The notes below the pieces were generated by a model, which ran no database searches, had not been told where the DNA came from, and saw only the letters and a list, made by a program, of their open reading frames with translations. A program made the position numbers and the translations under genes. A DNA stretch of 64,000 nt from a virus. Numbering within the stretch: the stretch's first letter is position 1; the number at the start of each line of letters is the position of its first letter. Positions 49,374 through 59,491 of this stretch are shown piece by piece. The stretch covers positions 11,056-75,055 of the IMG/VR virus record IMGVR_UViG_3300025168_015970, one strand, 5' to 3'.

Positions 49374-52100
49374 ATGTTCAGTACTAAACAATCAGACGTA
49401 TTTTACAACGACGAAACAAAAGAAATGTTTGTTTGTACTGTGAGCTCTCTCTCTGCTGATAGATGTGATGGTACCTCAGAAATTGTATATGGAGCTGTTC
49501 CTTTAATATACAAAATAGATAAAAACACTAATTATAAAAGTAGAGTATATCCTAAAGACTTGACATCATTTAGTTTGAGTTCTAATTCTGATCTATTTGC
49601 AGTAACCCCAACTTGCCCTGAAGGTACAAATTTTGATTCCATAACAAAACCTCTTATTAATTATAATAAAACTACATCAAGATATTCAGTAACATTCTTA
49701 GGAAGATATACTTCTGACTCAGACGGTCTTGGTCTTAATAATTTTATATTTGAAGATGTAAATTCATATTTCCATTTACTTGATTCAAAAATTTATATCC
49801 CCAAAGATAAATTTACTGATGATCAATTTACATTTGAATCTGGTCATTTAAATTCTGATTTATATATTGTAGGTAATACTGTTCGGAATGGTAAACCATC
49901 ATGGTTCAACCCTAGTACCGGAGCTGAGATAGAAAGATCTCCTGACTACTCAATCGGACCTATGCACGTACAATCTACAAGTAGTTTAGGTTTTAATTTA
50001 GTACTTGACCAAACAAACACTACTATAGACGCCATTACAGGAGATAAATTTTACCCAATGTTGTACAGTGGAGGATTTATAACATATAATCCAAAATACG
50101 TTGCATTTGATCCAGAGTATACAATACGGGTAGATTTTAGAGCAAGATCGTTTAATGTACCAAGTCCAACTGCATATGGTGGAACTCAATCTGTAGGCGT
50201 TAGCGCTACGAGATGGGTACAACAATGGGCCCCTGCAGGAGCAGGAGAAGGGTTCTGTCTTTCGTTCTTTAGAAACCCAGAAAGAAATTCGTTTGTAATT
50301 CCTAATGGTATAGGTTCTACTCTAGGTTATGCTATAGCAGATTTTAGCCCTAATGAGGTAGCTGGTACAGCGCATTCGACAGTTGGATTGTTCAAGCGAA
50401 AGAATTGGAACCCAAATACTGGGTATACGGGTAGCCTTCCCTCCGGGGCAACTATTGATATGGGGATTGGTAATGTAGGTCAGCAAGGAGAAGGTTCTCC
50501 TGCAGATAGTTTCCTAGGGGTTGGTTTTGATATTGGTGGTAACTTTGCATATACATCAGAAGATAAAACTGGATGGTATGACGGTACTACTGCTACAATT
50601 TCTCCATGCTCGGTAGGTATAAGAGGTAGTAAGTTTTACGATACTCAGATACTCACATCTGTAGACATGAGCGCTACAGCAGGTGCAGCAGTACCAATGC
50701 ATACTTCTGCAATGTCAGCTCAGTTTGTAGATTATAGAGTTGATTTGACTAATAGAGGTACGAAAGTAACAATTTACAATAAACTTACTAGTGAAACAGA
50801 TTATAATACAATATTAGAATTAAGGCTGAATGCCGAAGTTGGAGTAAGTAATACTACAGGAGAAAAATATAACGCATGGAGAGGTTTTCAAAATAACCAA
50901 CAAATAAAAAATGAAGAATTACCTCCTCTGAATGTAGGTTTATCTTTTACTACAAGTGATAAAGCTAGTCAATTTGAACTCCATAAGTTCGAAGTTACAG
51001 GAGTTAAAGTACATAACCCATGGGCTAGTGTTCTTCCAAAACTTAGAGAAGAAACAGTAACTGAAAAAATAGATTATTTACAAGAGTCTTCAAAAAATTT
51101 ACGCAAGAAATTAATTAATGTTGATATTGGAGATACTAATGAGTATAAAGCTGGAACAAGCACAGTAGATATAGAAATGGTGATTCCTGCAAAATCGAGA
51201 ATAGCGAAAGCGGTCTCTGAAATATCAGACCCTGAAATCACATTATGTGATGATAATAATCCAGAAATAATTGAACAGGATGTAGATATAAGGATTACAA
51301 AACTAAACCCTAATCAAATTGATAAAACAATTGAAGTCGCTGAACTTGGAGGTAACCTTAAAATCCCAGGCTCAGTAACGGCTATTAAAAAGGATGGAAG
51401 AAATATTACAGGAGATACAATAACAGTACCGGAACCGATTATTATTAATCCACCAGTTAATCTTATTACAGAATTAACTGCTCACTGTCGTTCAAGATTT
51501 GATAAGAACATTTTCGATCGTGAAAGTGATATACCAGCTTTTGTGTGGTTGAGAAGTAATAAAATAACAATTAATAATAAAGATTATTATCTCTTTATAG
51601 ATAGTCTTGTATATCATGGTACGGGTACAAAATCAAACCAAGGGTGGAAAAAAGATAAAAGTACATCAACTATTTTATTCAAGCCTGAGAATAGAAAAAA
51701 AATAGAGAATAGATTTATACAATTAGTAACTACTCCGGGCGTTGAGTACAAGAAATACTGGGAAATACAACAAAACATGGGTGGGATAGGAATAACCCGG
51801 GGCTGGAAAAACACGGGAGGTAAATACGGTACCGACATAGATTTAACAAAATTTTATACTAAAGATGTAGATAATTGGGATTTTGCTCCGTTAGGGGATG
51901 AGTTGGATAGGCACGGGGTCGACGAGAAGAGATTAAAGGAGTTGGGAACCACTTTCTTCGGTACTCCAAAAGGCATAACATGTATTGAGATTGAATATGA
52001 AAATGATGAGTATGGTGTCTATGTCTCAGAGGCTGGTACAAATAAAATTAAATTCTCATACACCGGTATCGCCGAAACTGGTGAGGGAGGAGGCGCGTAA
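49374..52100 (+). CDS. Virion protein with L-type (legume) lectin-like domain
   Basis: GEGFCLSF, G..LGY, FLGVGFD and VGLSFT pattern of L-type lectins. Confidence 0.65.
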   Translation: MFSTKQSDVFYNDETKEMFVCTVSSLSADRCDGTSEIVYGAVPLIYKIDKNTNYKSRVYPKDLTSFSLSSNSDLFAVTPTCPEGTNFDSITKPLINYNKTTSRYSVTFLGRYTSDSDGLGLNNFIFEDVNSYFHLLDSKIYIPKDKFTDDQFTFESGHLNSDLYIVGNTVRNGKPSWFNPSTGAEIERSPDYSIGPMHVQSTSSLGFNLVLDQTNTTIDAITGDKFYPMLYSGGFITYNPKYVAFDPEYTIRVDFRARSFNVPSPTAYGGTQSVGVSATRWVQQWAPAGAGEGFCLSFFRNPERNSFVIPNGIGSTLGYAIADFSPNEVAGTAHSTVGLFKRKNWNPNTGYTGSLPSGATIDMGIGNVGQQGEGSPADSFLGVGFDIGGNFAYTSEDKTGWYDGTTATISPCSVGIRGSKFYDTQILTSVDMSATAGAAVPMHTSAMSAQFVDYRVDLTNRGTKVTIYNKLTSETDYNTILELRLNAEVGVSNTTGEKYNAWRGFQNNQQIKNEELPPLNVGLSFTTSDKASQFELHKFEVTGVKVHNPWASVLPKLREETVTEKIDYLQESSKNLRKKLINVDIGDTNEYKAGTSTVDIEMVIPAKSRIAKAVSEISDPEITLCDDNNPEIIEQDVDIRITKLNPNQIDKTIEVAELGGNLKIPGSVTAIKKDGRNITGDTITVPEPIIINPPVNLITELTAHCRSRFDKNIFDRESDIPAFVWLRSNKITINNKDYYLFIDSLVYHGTGTKSNQGWKKDKSTSTILFKPENRKKIENRFIQLVTTPGVEYKKYWEIQQNMGGIGITRGWKNTGGKYGTDIDLTKFYTKDVDNWDFAPLGDELDRHGVDEKRLKELGTTFFGTPKGITCIEIEYENDEYGVYVSEAGTNKIKFSYTGIAETGEGGGA

Positions 52101-53185
52101 TGAATACCTTTACGTACACATTAACAGCAACCCCAGCAGCCGAAGGCGGTACAAAGACTAAATCTCAGTCTTTAACAGGTACCACTGATGTAACATTTTC
52201 CTTATCTGGATTAAACACTTTATACGAAGTTAACAATGACTATAAAATAAATAAGGTTGTTGTTGATTTTGATGACGGTAAGGAATTAGTTTTAACCAGA
52301 TCTTTATCAGGTACAACTATTGCATCTTTATCTAGTGAAGCCTTTAATCATGTAATACAAACAGACTTTACCGACCAAGCAAAAAGACATGTATACTTTA
52401 CCCTTTACAGAGACGATCAAAAAGTAGATGTAATAGATCTGAAGTTTACAATGTTTAAACCCCCTATTACTACTTACGAAGATGTAAACTTATTAAAAAC
52501 TGACTACTTTAATAATGATGTAGATAATGAAAAATTACTATTAACATTTATTAATAAAAACCCTGAAGTATTAGGTTTAAGTTTATTAGATATTAATGTA
52601 CCAGGGAAAGCTGGTTATGATCCATCTCTTACAACTAGTCAAAGTACTAGTACCAATTCATTTACTGTAGGGTTTACAACTGATTATATACATACTCACG
52701 CATCAGAATCTAATACAGGTAATACAATTCAAGTAAGTCTAGGAGATACTATTAACCCTAACACAGGTTTGCCTAAAGATAATGGAAAAATCTCTTTTAA
52801 ATATAGAACAAGAGCCCCGGAGACTGCAGAATCAGGTAATAGTAATGCAGTAGTAAATTTACCTAACAACCCTCATTTATTTTATGTACCATTAACTGCT
52901 AATTCCAGCTTTATACACTTAAGCGGTTTCTTGACTTGGAATTGTAGTGATATAATGAAGGATATAGATTTAACTACTAAGACAATAACGATACCTCTTA
53001 TAGATATTACAGGTACTAAGACTTCATTAACTGATTATTATTTTACTAATGTTAATACAGGGGTCGGTACATCAATGACAGGGTTAGCATCTGGAGGATA
53101 TTTTTACTTAGATTTATATGATGTTACAGGATGTGACTCAATAACAACAACAACAAGTACAATTACAGCGTTTGTAAATTACTAA
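52100..53185 (+). CDS. Virion structural protein
   Basis: Thr/Ser-rich beta protein in the structural operon. Confidence 0.55.
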   Translation: MNTFTYTLTATPAAEGGTKTKSQSLTGTTDVTFSLSGLNTLYEVNNDYKINKVVVDFDDGKELVLTRSLSGTTIASLSSEAFNHVIQTDFTDQAKRHVYFTLYRDDQKVDVIDLKFTMFKPPITTYEDVNLLKTDYFNNDVDNEKLLLTFINKNPEVLGLSLLDINVPGKAGYDPSLTTSQSTSTNSFTVGFTTDYIHTHASESNTGNTIQVSLGDTINPNTGLPKDNGKISFKYRTRAPETAESGNSNAVVNLPNNPHLFYVPLTANSSFIHLSGFLTWNCSDIMKDIDLTTKTITIPLIDITGTKTSLTDYYFTNVNTGVGTSMTGLASGGYFYLDLYDVTGCDSITTTTSTITAFVNY

Positions 53186-53202
53186 TTGAAATAAATAATT
53201 AT

Positions 53203-54066
53203 ATGGCCATAGAAGACGAAATTATTAATATATCAGATATTGATGTTGGTACTGAAATACTAAACAACGATAAGCTCATTATTGAGACCAATAACGGGAC
53301 CAAACTACTAGCTTTTAAAGACTTAGTTATTGGTGAAGAGAATATTACGTTTAAAGATAAACTAGTGCAAGGTGCCCGGTCAGGTAAGTCTACTATGGAT
53401 ACTGATCTAGTAGAAGGTTATAATATATTAACATCAGATACTACAGCTGGCCATGTAACGAAGTATTCTGATATTAGCGGTACTGTAGAACTAGGGAGAT
53501 TTAATTATATTGCAGCAACAGAATTTGCTGGATTATCTACTACAATAACAGCTAACCAACTTGCTATAGGTGACGCAAATATCGAGATCGCGAAGATACA
53601 GTCGCTCCTGGCTAGTACTGATAATGATGCATTAAATACTATTTCCTTAATTACTAAGCCTGTAAACTTTATAGTTACTCAAAATGGAGCTGGTACTTTC
53701 GGTCCCTCTCCGGTCTTCACTGACAAGACTCTTGATCCTACAACCACAAACTCTAACGTATCATTTGCAAACAGTCCGTTCAAAATCACATACCCATCAG
53801 CAGCATCCGGTACGTATGCCGATGGTTTTGTTTTATTTATATTAGAAGCCTTTCTCGGTGGTCAGGGGACATCCGCGGACATGAAAATATATTTACTACT
53901 CGACGGTGATACAGTAGCTGAGGCAGATTTTTTTGGAGCCGGTGTCTCGAAAGCTACTATAAATAAAGCTTTATATGTTAAAAGAGGACAGACAGTAACA
54001 CTTGCTTTTAATAAGGATGCAGCCTTAGAAGATGGTTCTAACTTTTCAGGTATAAGATTCTCATAA
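53203..54066 (+). CDS. Fibre-like protein with coiled coil and C1q/TNF-like C-terminal head
   Basis: G.Y, LYVKRGQTVTL and SNFSG terminal pattern. Confidence 0.5.
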   Translation: MAIEDEIINISDIDVGTEILNNDKLIIETNNGTKLLAFKDLVIGEENITFKDKLVQGARSGKSTMDTDLVEGYNILTSDTTAGHVTKYSDISGTVELGRFNYIAATEFAGLSTTITANQLAIGDANIEIAKIQSLLASTDNDALNTISLITKPVNFIVTQNGAGTFGPSPVFTDKTLDPTTTNSNVSFANSPFKITYPSAASGTYADGFVLFILEAFLGGQGTSADMKIYLLLDGDTVAEADFFGAGVSKATINKALYVKRGQTVTLAFNKDAALEDGSNFSGIRFS

Positions 54067-54069
54067 ATA

Positions 54070-57000
54070 ATGAAAGTTAATTCTATAGATACAGAAAATA
54101 TTGTACCAGTTGAATATAGCCATACTCACGATGCTAAAATTCTGTTTCGTAAATATAGAGAGAACTTCGATTTTGGTTTGACAGTTGATCAATATTATTT
54201 TAATCAAGATGCAAAAGACAAAAAAACTAATTACAATACTCAATATACTCTTACTGAGTTAAACTCTTTATCTACAATAGCAGAATTAGATATTCCATTT
54301 ACTGAATCAGTTGTAAATGTATTTTCTTCTCCGGTACAACACGGAGGTAAATATTTAAAAACATTTAATACATTAAGTGCGAACTATTTAAGTAGTATGT
54401 TTGTTGCCTCGTCGGAATTTGACCCTATTAGTAGTGAATTTTTATTTACTTTTACATTAACATCAGTTCCTGCTACTGCTAAATCAAGTACTCTTAGCGG
54501 TAGTATACCTACTAACAAACAAGGTAGTGAAGATAGAATTTTAGTAAGTACTGTTTCTGGTGCTACTACATATTATCTAGTAGCGTTATCAGCAACCAAT
54601 ACTGTTGCAAAATGGACATCAACAGATAGTTTAAAAGAACAATGTTATTTTAGATATGGTATCGCAGATAATAAAATTACTCTATTAAACCCAGCATCTG
54701 GGTTTGCCTCAAAAATATGTATAAATAGTGGTCTATATACAGACCTTGATGATGTTTTAAGCTTGTCTACTTCTCCTGGTTCATTTACTACTGCTGCAGC
54801 TTTAAGTACAGCTAGTTTTGATATTACTAGAAACGTATTAACTAAAGCTTTTAAAACTATACCTAATAGTTATACTAAATATATTTCCTCATATAATACA
54901 GATACAGTTGACTTAAACACATCTACTGTTGTAGACCATATAAGTAATAATTATTTTGTATTTACTAATAATTACAATTTTTATGATAGTAAGACTAGTA
55001 GCAATGAGAATAAAATAAAAGCGCATGCTGATTTCTTCCCGTTAAAGAACCAAGCTACTTTGCACGAATATTATTCAGAGAATAATCATTTTAACTCTCA
55101 ACCTGCTCATTTAAATCGAGTTTACGAAAAAGTAAACGCTGGAACAAACCAGCAACGCGGTTATGATAAAATAGGTTTATCTTATAATATCGGTACATAC
55201 GACATAGTATTTAAACCAAACAAACTTACATATTTTACTACCCCTGACTCAATGTCTCCTTATACAGTTTTAAATATAAAAGATGCAAAAATAGAAAATC
55301 TAGGAACTGTTGCAGGAGATAATCCATTAATGTCGGATAAAGTTTTTAAGCGCCGTGAGGATGTAAAAAATAATTCGTACAGTGATAATACTGATCCGGT
55401 CTATTTATGTAGTTGGTTATCTGGTAATGATATAGGAGATACAAGATGGGTAGATAGATATTATAATGCTTATGTTTCTAATTTTGCAAACGCGCTTTCT
55501 GGTACATCTTTTTATAATGTTGTAACTGCTGCAGGAGCTGAATCTACTGAAACATTTGATGTATCTTCTAGCTTAACTTTTGAACCTAATAATGATTATA
55601 TTTTCTATCATATAGGTAGTAATGATTATCAAAATTTATTTAAAGCATATAATACAGTTTATAATGTTGCATCAGGAGTGGAGTATAAAAATTTTAAAGG
55701 AGTACCTACAACCCCTAACAAAGTAAAAGAAGAAGATGAATTAATTTTAAATGGAGAGAATTTCGGTAAATTTAATACTGATATTACAGGAGATTTTAGT
55801 ACTAGCTTCTGGTTATACAATACAGATAATACCCAACCATTTGGTTACCAAATCGCAGGTAATTATTTTGAAGAAGGGTTTGGCATTTTTAATACTGATC
55901 TAGTTACTCCTAATATTATTCTTCCAGTAGAAAATATAGACTCTGGACTAACTAGTAAATTATTATTCCTTAATAATGACTTTGAGATATATGACGAAGT
56001 TATTGTCATGGATGGTCCTACAGAAATAGAAATACTAGGTATTGGACGTAAAGATAATTTTTCTGAATTTTATGTGTTAGGTAGTAATTATATTATATAT
56101 GTTTATAATGCGAATAATAATTTAATCGGTCAGATTGATAATTTAAAAGATAATACATCTACAATAGATGACTTCGAAGTTGGAGAGGATAAGCTGCATG
56201 TATTGTTTAATCCAATTCAATCTAACCCCAACTGCTTTACCTATAACTTTAAAAATAATACAACCAGCGGCGCGGTATCTAGTACGTATGTTGATAAAAT
56301 AGGAGAAAAGGGCAAAGTAGTTGAAACAAGCTCAGGTCATACTTTTTATTCTGTAGATTCAAAAACCGGTTTTGGTAATGAAATGTCTTTTAATAATTCT
56401 AGTGAGGCATATGCAGTGAGACAAAGTAATAAATCTGCAATAGGAGATACTCGTAATTATTTACAAAAAATATCCCCTAGCAATACTCTTGATTATGATA
56501 ATAATAATAACCTAATAAAATCTGGTTTAAATTTAGAATCTAAAATTAACGGAGTACAGATAGATGATGATAACAATACAATTGTATTACATGATAATAA
56601 TATTATCTCTATCCTAGACAGTAATCGTATTTTGAAAAGGACAAGAGAATTTTGTCAGTTAGAAAATTATCCATTCCAGCAATCATATCTAGATATGATA
56701 TATGATTTTGAAGACGGAGTATATAAAAAATATATTCTTTTTGTTCAAGAGTATAATGACGGGTTCCGGTTAACAAAAATTAATGATAAATTAAAAATTA
56801 TCTCTACCAAGAAATTTAAAGACCTTAATCTTGCAAGTTTAAAATTAACTAAATCTATTACTTCATTTTATTATCTCAGGAAGGTTGGCGCGAACAAAAA
56901 TAGATTAAAAGTTTTATTAAAAACTAAACCTCAATTCTCTTCTTCTGGGGTAATACCAAGAACAAAGACTGAAATTGACTTTGATTATAGCCAATTAAAC

Positions 57001-57534
57001 CCAGGTTACAACCATTTCTTTGTTAATGTATCTGTACGGAAAGGTTATATGGAATTATATGTTAATAGTAAACGTTACAGTAAAGTAGAATTTCCTGCAG
57101 GGGTATTTGCTTTAGATAATGTTTTAGGAACAGGTACTTATATTGGTGCTGTAAGTACTCCGTTCTACTTAACTCTTGCTAATAGATTATTACAACCGAA
57201 GAAGTACTTTATTAAGAATGCTAAAATAAAGAGTTTTAAAATGTATAATAAAGTAATGACATACTTTGATATGTTAGCTCATTACAATTATCACTTTGAA
57301 GATAAAAATTTAATCTGGTCTTATCCAATCGGGCAACGCACATATGTAGATACAATTGATAAGTTAATGAAGTTTAACTACCCAGAAAAAATTACTAATA
57401 ACTATAAAGTTGAAATCGAAAATACTGGCATTACAGACGATAAACTCAAAGACAAGCTTAAGGATAGAATTACTGAAGAGTTACAGAAAATAACTCCATA
57501 TTTTGATGAGGTAAAAGATATTGTAATATCTTAA
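54070..57534 (+). CDS. Large virion protein with LamG-like domain
   Basis: FSTSFWL ... YNHF...LYVN...YIG...IKSFKMYN LamG-like elements. Confidence 0.55.
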   Translation: MKVNSIDTENIVPVEYSHTHDAKILFRKYRENFDFGLTVDQYYFNQDAKDKKTNYNTQYTLTELNSLSTIAELDIPFTESVVNVFSSPVQHGGKYLKTFNTLSANYLSSMFVASSEFDPISSEFLFTFTLTSVPATAKSSTLSGSIPTNKQGSEDRILVSTVSGATTYYLVALSATNTVAKWTSTDSLKEQCYFRYGIADNKITLLNPASGFASKICINSGLYTDLDDVLSLSTSPGSFTTAAALSTASFDITRNVLTKAFKTIPNSYTKYISSYNTDTVDLNTSTVVDHISNNYFVFTNNYNFYDSKTSSNENKIKAHADFFPLKNQATLHEYYSENNHFNSQPAHLNRVYEKVNAGTNQQRGYDKIGLSYNIGTYDIVFKPNKLTYFTTPDSMSPYTVLNIKDAKIENLGTVAGDNPLMSDKVFKRREDVKNNSYSDNTDPVYLCSWLSGNDIGDTRWVDRYYNAYVSNFANALSGTSFYNVVTAAGAESTETFDVSSSLTFEPNNDYIFYHIGSNDYQNLFKAYNTVYNVASGVEYKNFKGVPTTPNKVKEEDELILNGENFGKFNTDITGDFSTSFWLYNTDNTQPFGYQIAGNYFEEGFGIFNTDLVTPNIILPVENIDSGLTSKLLFLNNDFEIYDEVIVMDGPTEIEILGIGRKDNFSEFYVLGSNYIIYVYNANNNLIGQIDNLKDNTSTIDDFEVGEDKLHVLFNPIQSNPNCFTYNFKNNTTSGAVSSTYVDKIGEKGKVVETSSGHTFYSVDSKTGFGNEMSFNNSSEAYAVRQSNKSAIGDTRNYLQKISPSNTLDYDNNNNLIKSGLNLESKINGVQIDDDNNTIVLHDNNIISILDSNRILKRTREFCQLENYPFQQSYLDMIYDFEDGVYKKYILFVQEYNDGFRLTKINDKLKIISTKKFKDLNLASLKLTKSITSFYYLRKVGANKNRLKVLLKTKPQFSSSGVIPRTKTEIDFDYSQLNPGYNHFFVNVSVRKGYMELYVNSKRYSKVEFPAGVFALDNVLGTGTYIGAVSTPFYLTLANRLLQPKKYFIKNAKIKSFKMYNKVMTYFDMLAHYNYHFEDKNLIWSYPIGQRTYVDTIDKLMKFNYPEKITNNYKVEIENTGITDDKLKDKLKDRITEELQKITPYFDEVKDIVIS

Positions 57535-57547
57535 CCAAAGTAACAGA

Positions 57548-57760
57548 CTAATTACCAGTAATAAATACTCTTTTTATATTCTCAAGATCAGCAACCATTT
57601 GTTGTGCTAATGCAATGCGTTGCGCATCTGCACTCTCCATTATTAATTGTTGACCGTTGTAAGTATGTTCTGTGACCATTTGACGATACTTAGCTATAGC
57701 GCTGTCTAGTGCAGCATATGTTTGAGTAGGTTTGGTTCTTTCGAATTCTGATGGGTTCAT
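57548..57760 (-). CDS. Hypothetical protein
   Basis: Preceded by TTGAAA-16-TATAAT (57772-57799). Confidence 0.55.
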   Translation of the reverse strand: MNPSEFERTKPTQTYAALDSAIAKYRQMVTEHTYNGQQLIMESADAQRIALAQQMVADLENIKRVFITGN

Positions 57761-57790
57761 AAATTTTTATTATTATATTATATCCTGAAC

Positions 57791-58279
57791 TTATTTCAAG
57801 TCAGGTTTGTCGGATAATTTATCAAGCACATTATATAAATCTATAAATTCTTTTTTGTAACGACGCTCAAATCTACGAGCATCAACTTCCCATTTATTGT
57901 AATAATATTTAGGGCGAAATTTCTCACAGTCTTCATCTGTGTAATTTAATTTACCTTCATCTACGTTGAGCATATTATCTTGTATCCAATGTCTCATTTC
58001 ATGTAGTAAGTGTCCAACGAAGGTATCCATTTTTTTCTCTCTACTCCATCCAGCTTGGTTTAAATATTTGGTGATATGTAATTCGTCGAAACCAAAATAG
58101 TAACCACTACTATAATGGTCACAATTCATAATTTGTATTCGAGTTGTATCTGGTATATCAAAATCGCGAATAGAGTTGAGAAATATATTTAAACATTTTT
58201 CTACAACCTTAAAATTTATATCATGCAATTTTAACCACTTTTTGACTTTTGGTTTTGCTCTCAACTCCACCGAAATCAT
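57791..58279 (-). CDS. HEXXH zinc-metallopeptidase-like protein
   Basis: LLHEMRH plus downstream N.WEVDA; start placed at ATG 58279, 5 nt below TAAATA. Confidence 0.65.
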   Translation of the reverse strand: MISVELRAKPKVKKWLKLHDINFKVVEKCLNIFLNSIRDFDIPDTTRIQIMNCDHYSSGYYFGFDELHITKYLNQAGWSREKKMDTFVGHLLHEMRHWIQDNMLNVDEGKLNYTDEDCEKFRPKYYYNKWEVDARRFERRYKKEFIDLYNVLDKLSDKPDLK

Positions 58280-58382
58280 GTAAATATTTAGTCGAGTCAA
58301 CTAGTTTATTATTACATATCATACTGCGTTTCCCAAAGGCTCTGTCCTATTTAAAACATTAACCTATATAGGATTTGGGGAC

Positions 58383-58407
58383 AAAAAAACCCCCGTTTCC
58401 GGGGGTT
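58383..58407 (-). terminator. Rho-independent terminator after DUF932 gene
   Basis: AACCCCCG-GAAA-CGGGGGTT then T-run. Confidence 0.88.
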
Positions 58408-58427
58408 GCTAGACGTTATGAGATTTA

Positions 58428-59453
58428 TTACCCTGCGAAGGTAATTTCAGCTGATTTGACAACCGGTTTCTTGAACGTAGGTGTACCTGTAAGCAAATTT
58501 AATGCCCGGCGTTTAAACCTATCCATCTGACCACCTGGGGTATTCAAGCTACCAATTCGGTTCTGGATATAAGTGTGATTCTTATTCTCAATCGCATTAG
58601 CCATTCTAGCAGCATGCTGATGGTGATCTACATATTCGGTTACTGCATTAAATGCATCCCAGCGCGATTTTCCGAGATTACCATCTCCTCGGCTAAATAG
58701 AGTAGCAATATCATTGTGACGATTTACTGTACGCTCATCTTCATCATTCTTCATCGGATATAGTTCACCCAAGAAGTTGTAGAGCTGCTCTTTAGTAATT
58801 ACTGTACTATCAAGTTTAGCAAAATCAGTATACATGTTCTTCAAACTATCAATATTCTTAGCGAATACATCCTTAACAAGATCTAACCTATTACTGTAAT
58901 TCGAAAAATGCTGAATTCGATAATCTCTTGTAGACTCTTTAGTCATTGCTACGAACTGATTATTACATGCACCTCGCATTGATGTCGGGAAAATACAATT
59001 TGATATAATGCCATCATGGCCGATCAACATTGTAATCATTGAGTTAATTTTATCACCTTGACGGTTAGGTAACTCAAAGGTATAATCTTTAGGTAACTCA
59101 GCTTGCACCCAAATACGACTACCACCGCGCATAACACCAGCAGCTTTATATTCTCCACCATACATCTTACGAACTTCATCAAATGCATCGATTAATTCCT
59201 CGTTCTGGATGGGAGTATACTTTTTACCTGTAACAGTATATATATCTTTGGTTCTACTATTACGCAAACCGTAAAACCTCTTGAAACCTTCATCTCCGGT
59301 TGCTTCTCCAAGATTTACCTGCTCTACCTCAAAATCTAGTCCAGCTTTAGTGAAAAGCTCTTTTTTATTTGAGATCTGATGAACACCTTCCACTGCTATG
59401 GCTGAATGTTCGTTAATGTCCTGTAATGCTACGTTTCTATCGTTGATTCTCAT
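58428..59453 (-). CDS. DUF932 family phage/plasmid protein
   Basis: AGLDF.V, Y.PIQN, HDG, R..C.N, W.AFNAVTEY.DH. Confidence 0.85.
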   Translation of the reverse strand: MRINDRNVALQDINEHSAIAVEGVHQISNKKELFTKAGLDFEVEQVNLGEATGDEGFKRFYGLRNSRTKDIYTVTGKKYTPIQNEELIDAFDEVRKMYGGEYKAAGVMRGGSRIWVQAELPKDYTFELPNRQGDKINSMITMLIGHDGIISNCIFPTSMRGACNNQFVAMTKESTRDYRIQHFSNYSNRLDLVKDVFAKNIDSLKNMYTDFAKLDSTVITKEQLYNFLGELYPMKNDEDERTVNRHNDIATLFSRGDGNLGKSRWDAFNAVTEYVDHHQHAARMANAIENKNHTYIQNRIGSLNTPGGQMDRFKRRALNLLTGTPTFKKPVVKSAEITFAG

Positions 59454-59462
59454 AACTCCATT

Positions 59463-59491
59463 ATTATAGACTGTCTTACTCTTCTTTGCAA
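59463..59491 (-). promoter_or_regulatory. Sigma70-type early promoter
   Basis: TTGCAA-17 nt-TATAAT, then GGAG and ATG 59453. Confidence 0.75.
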
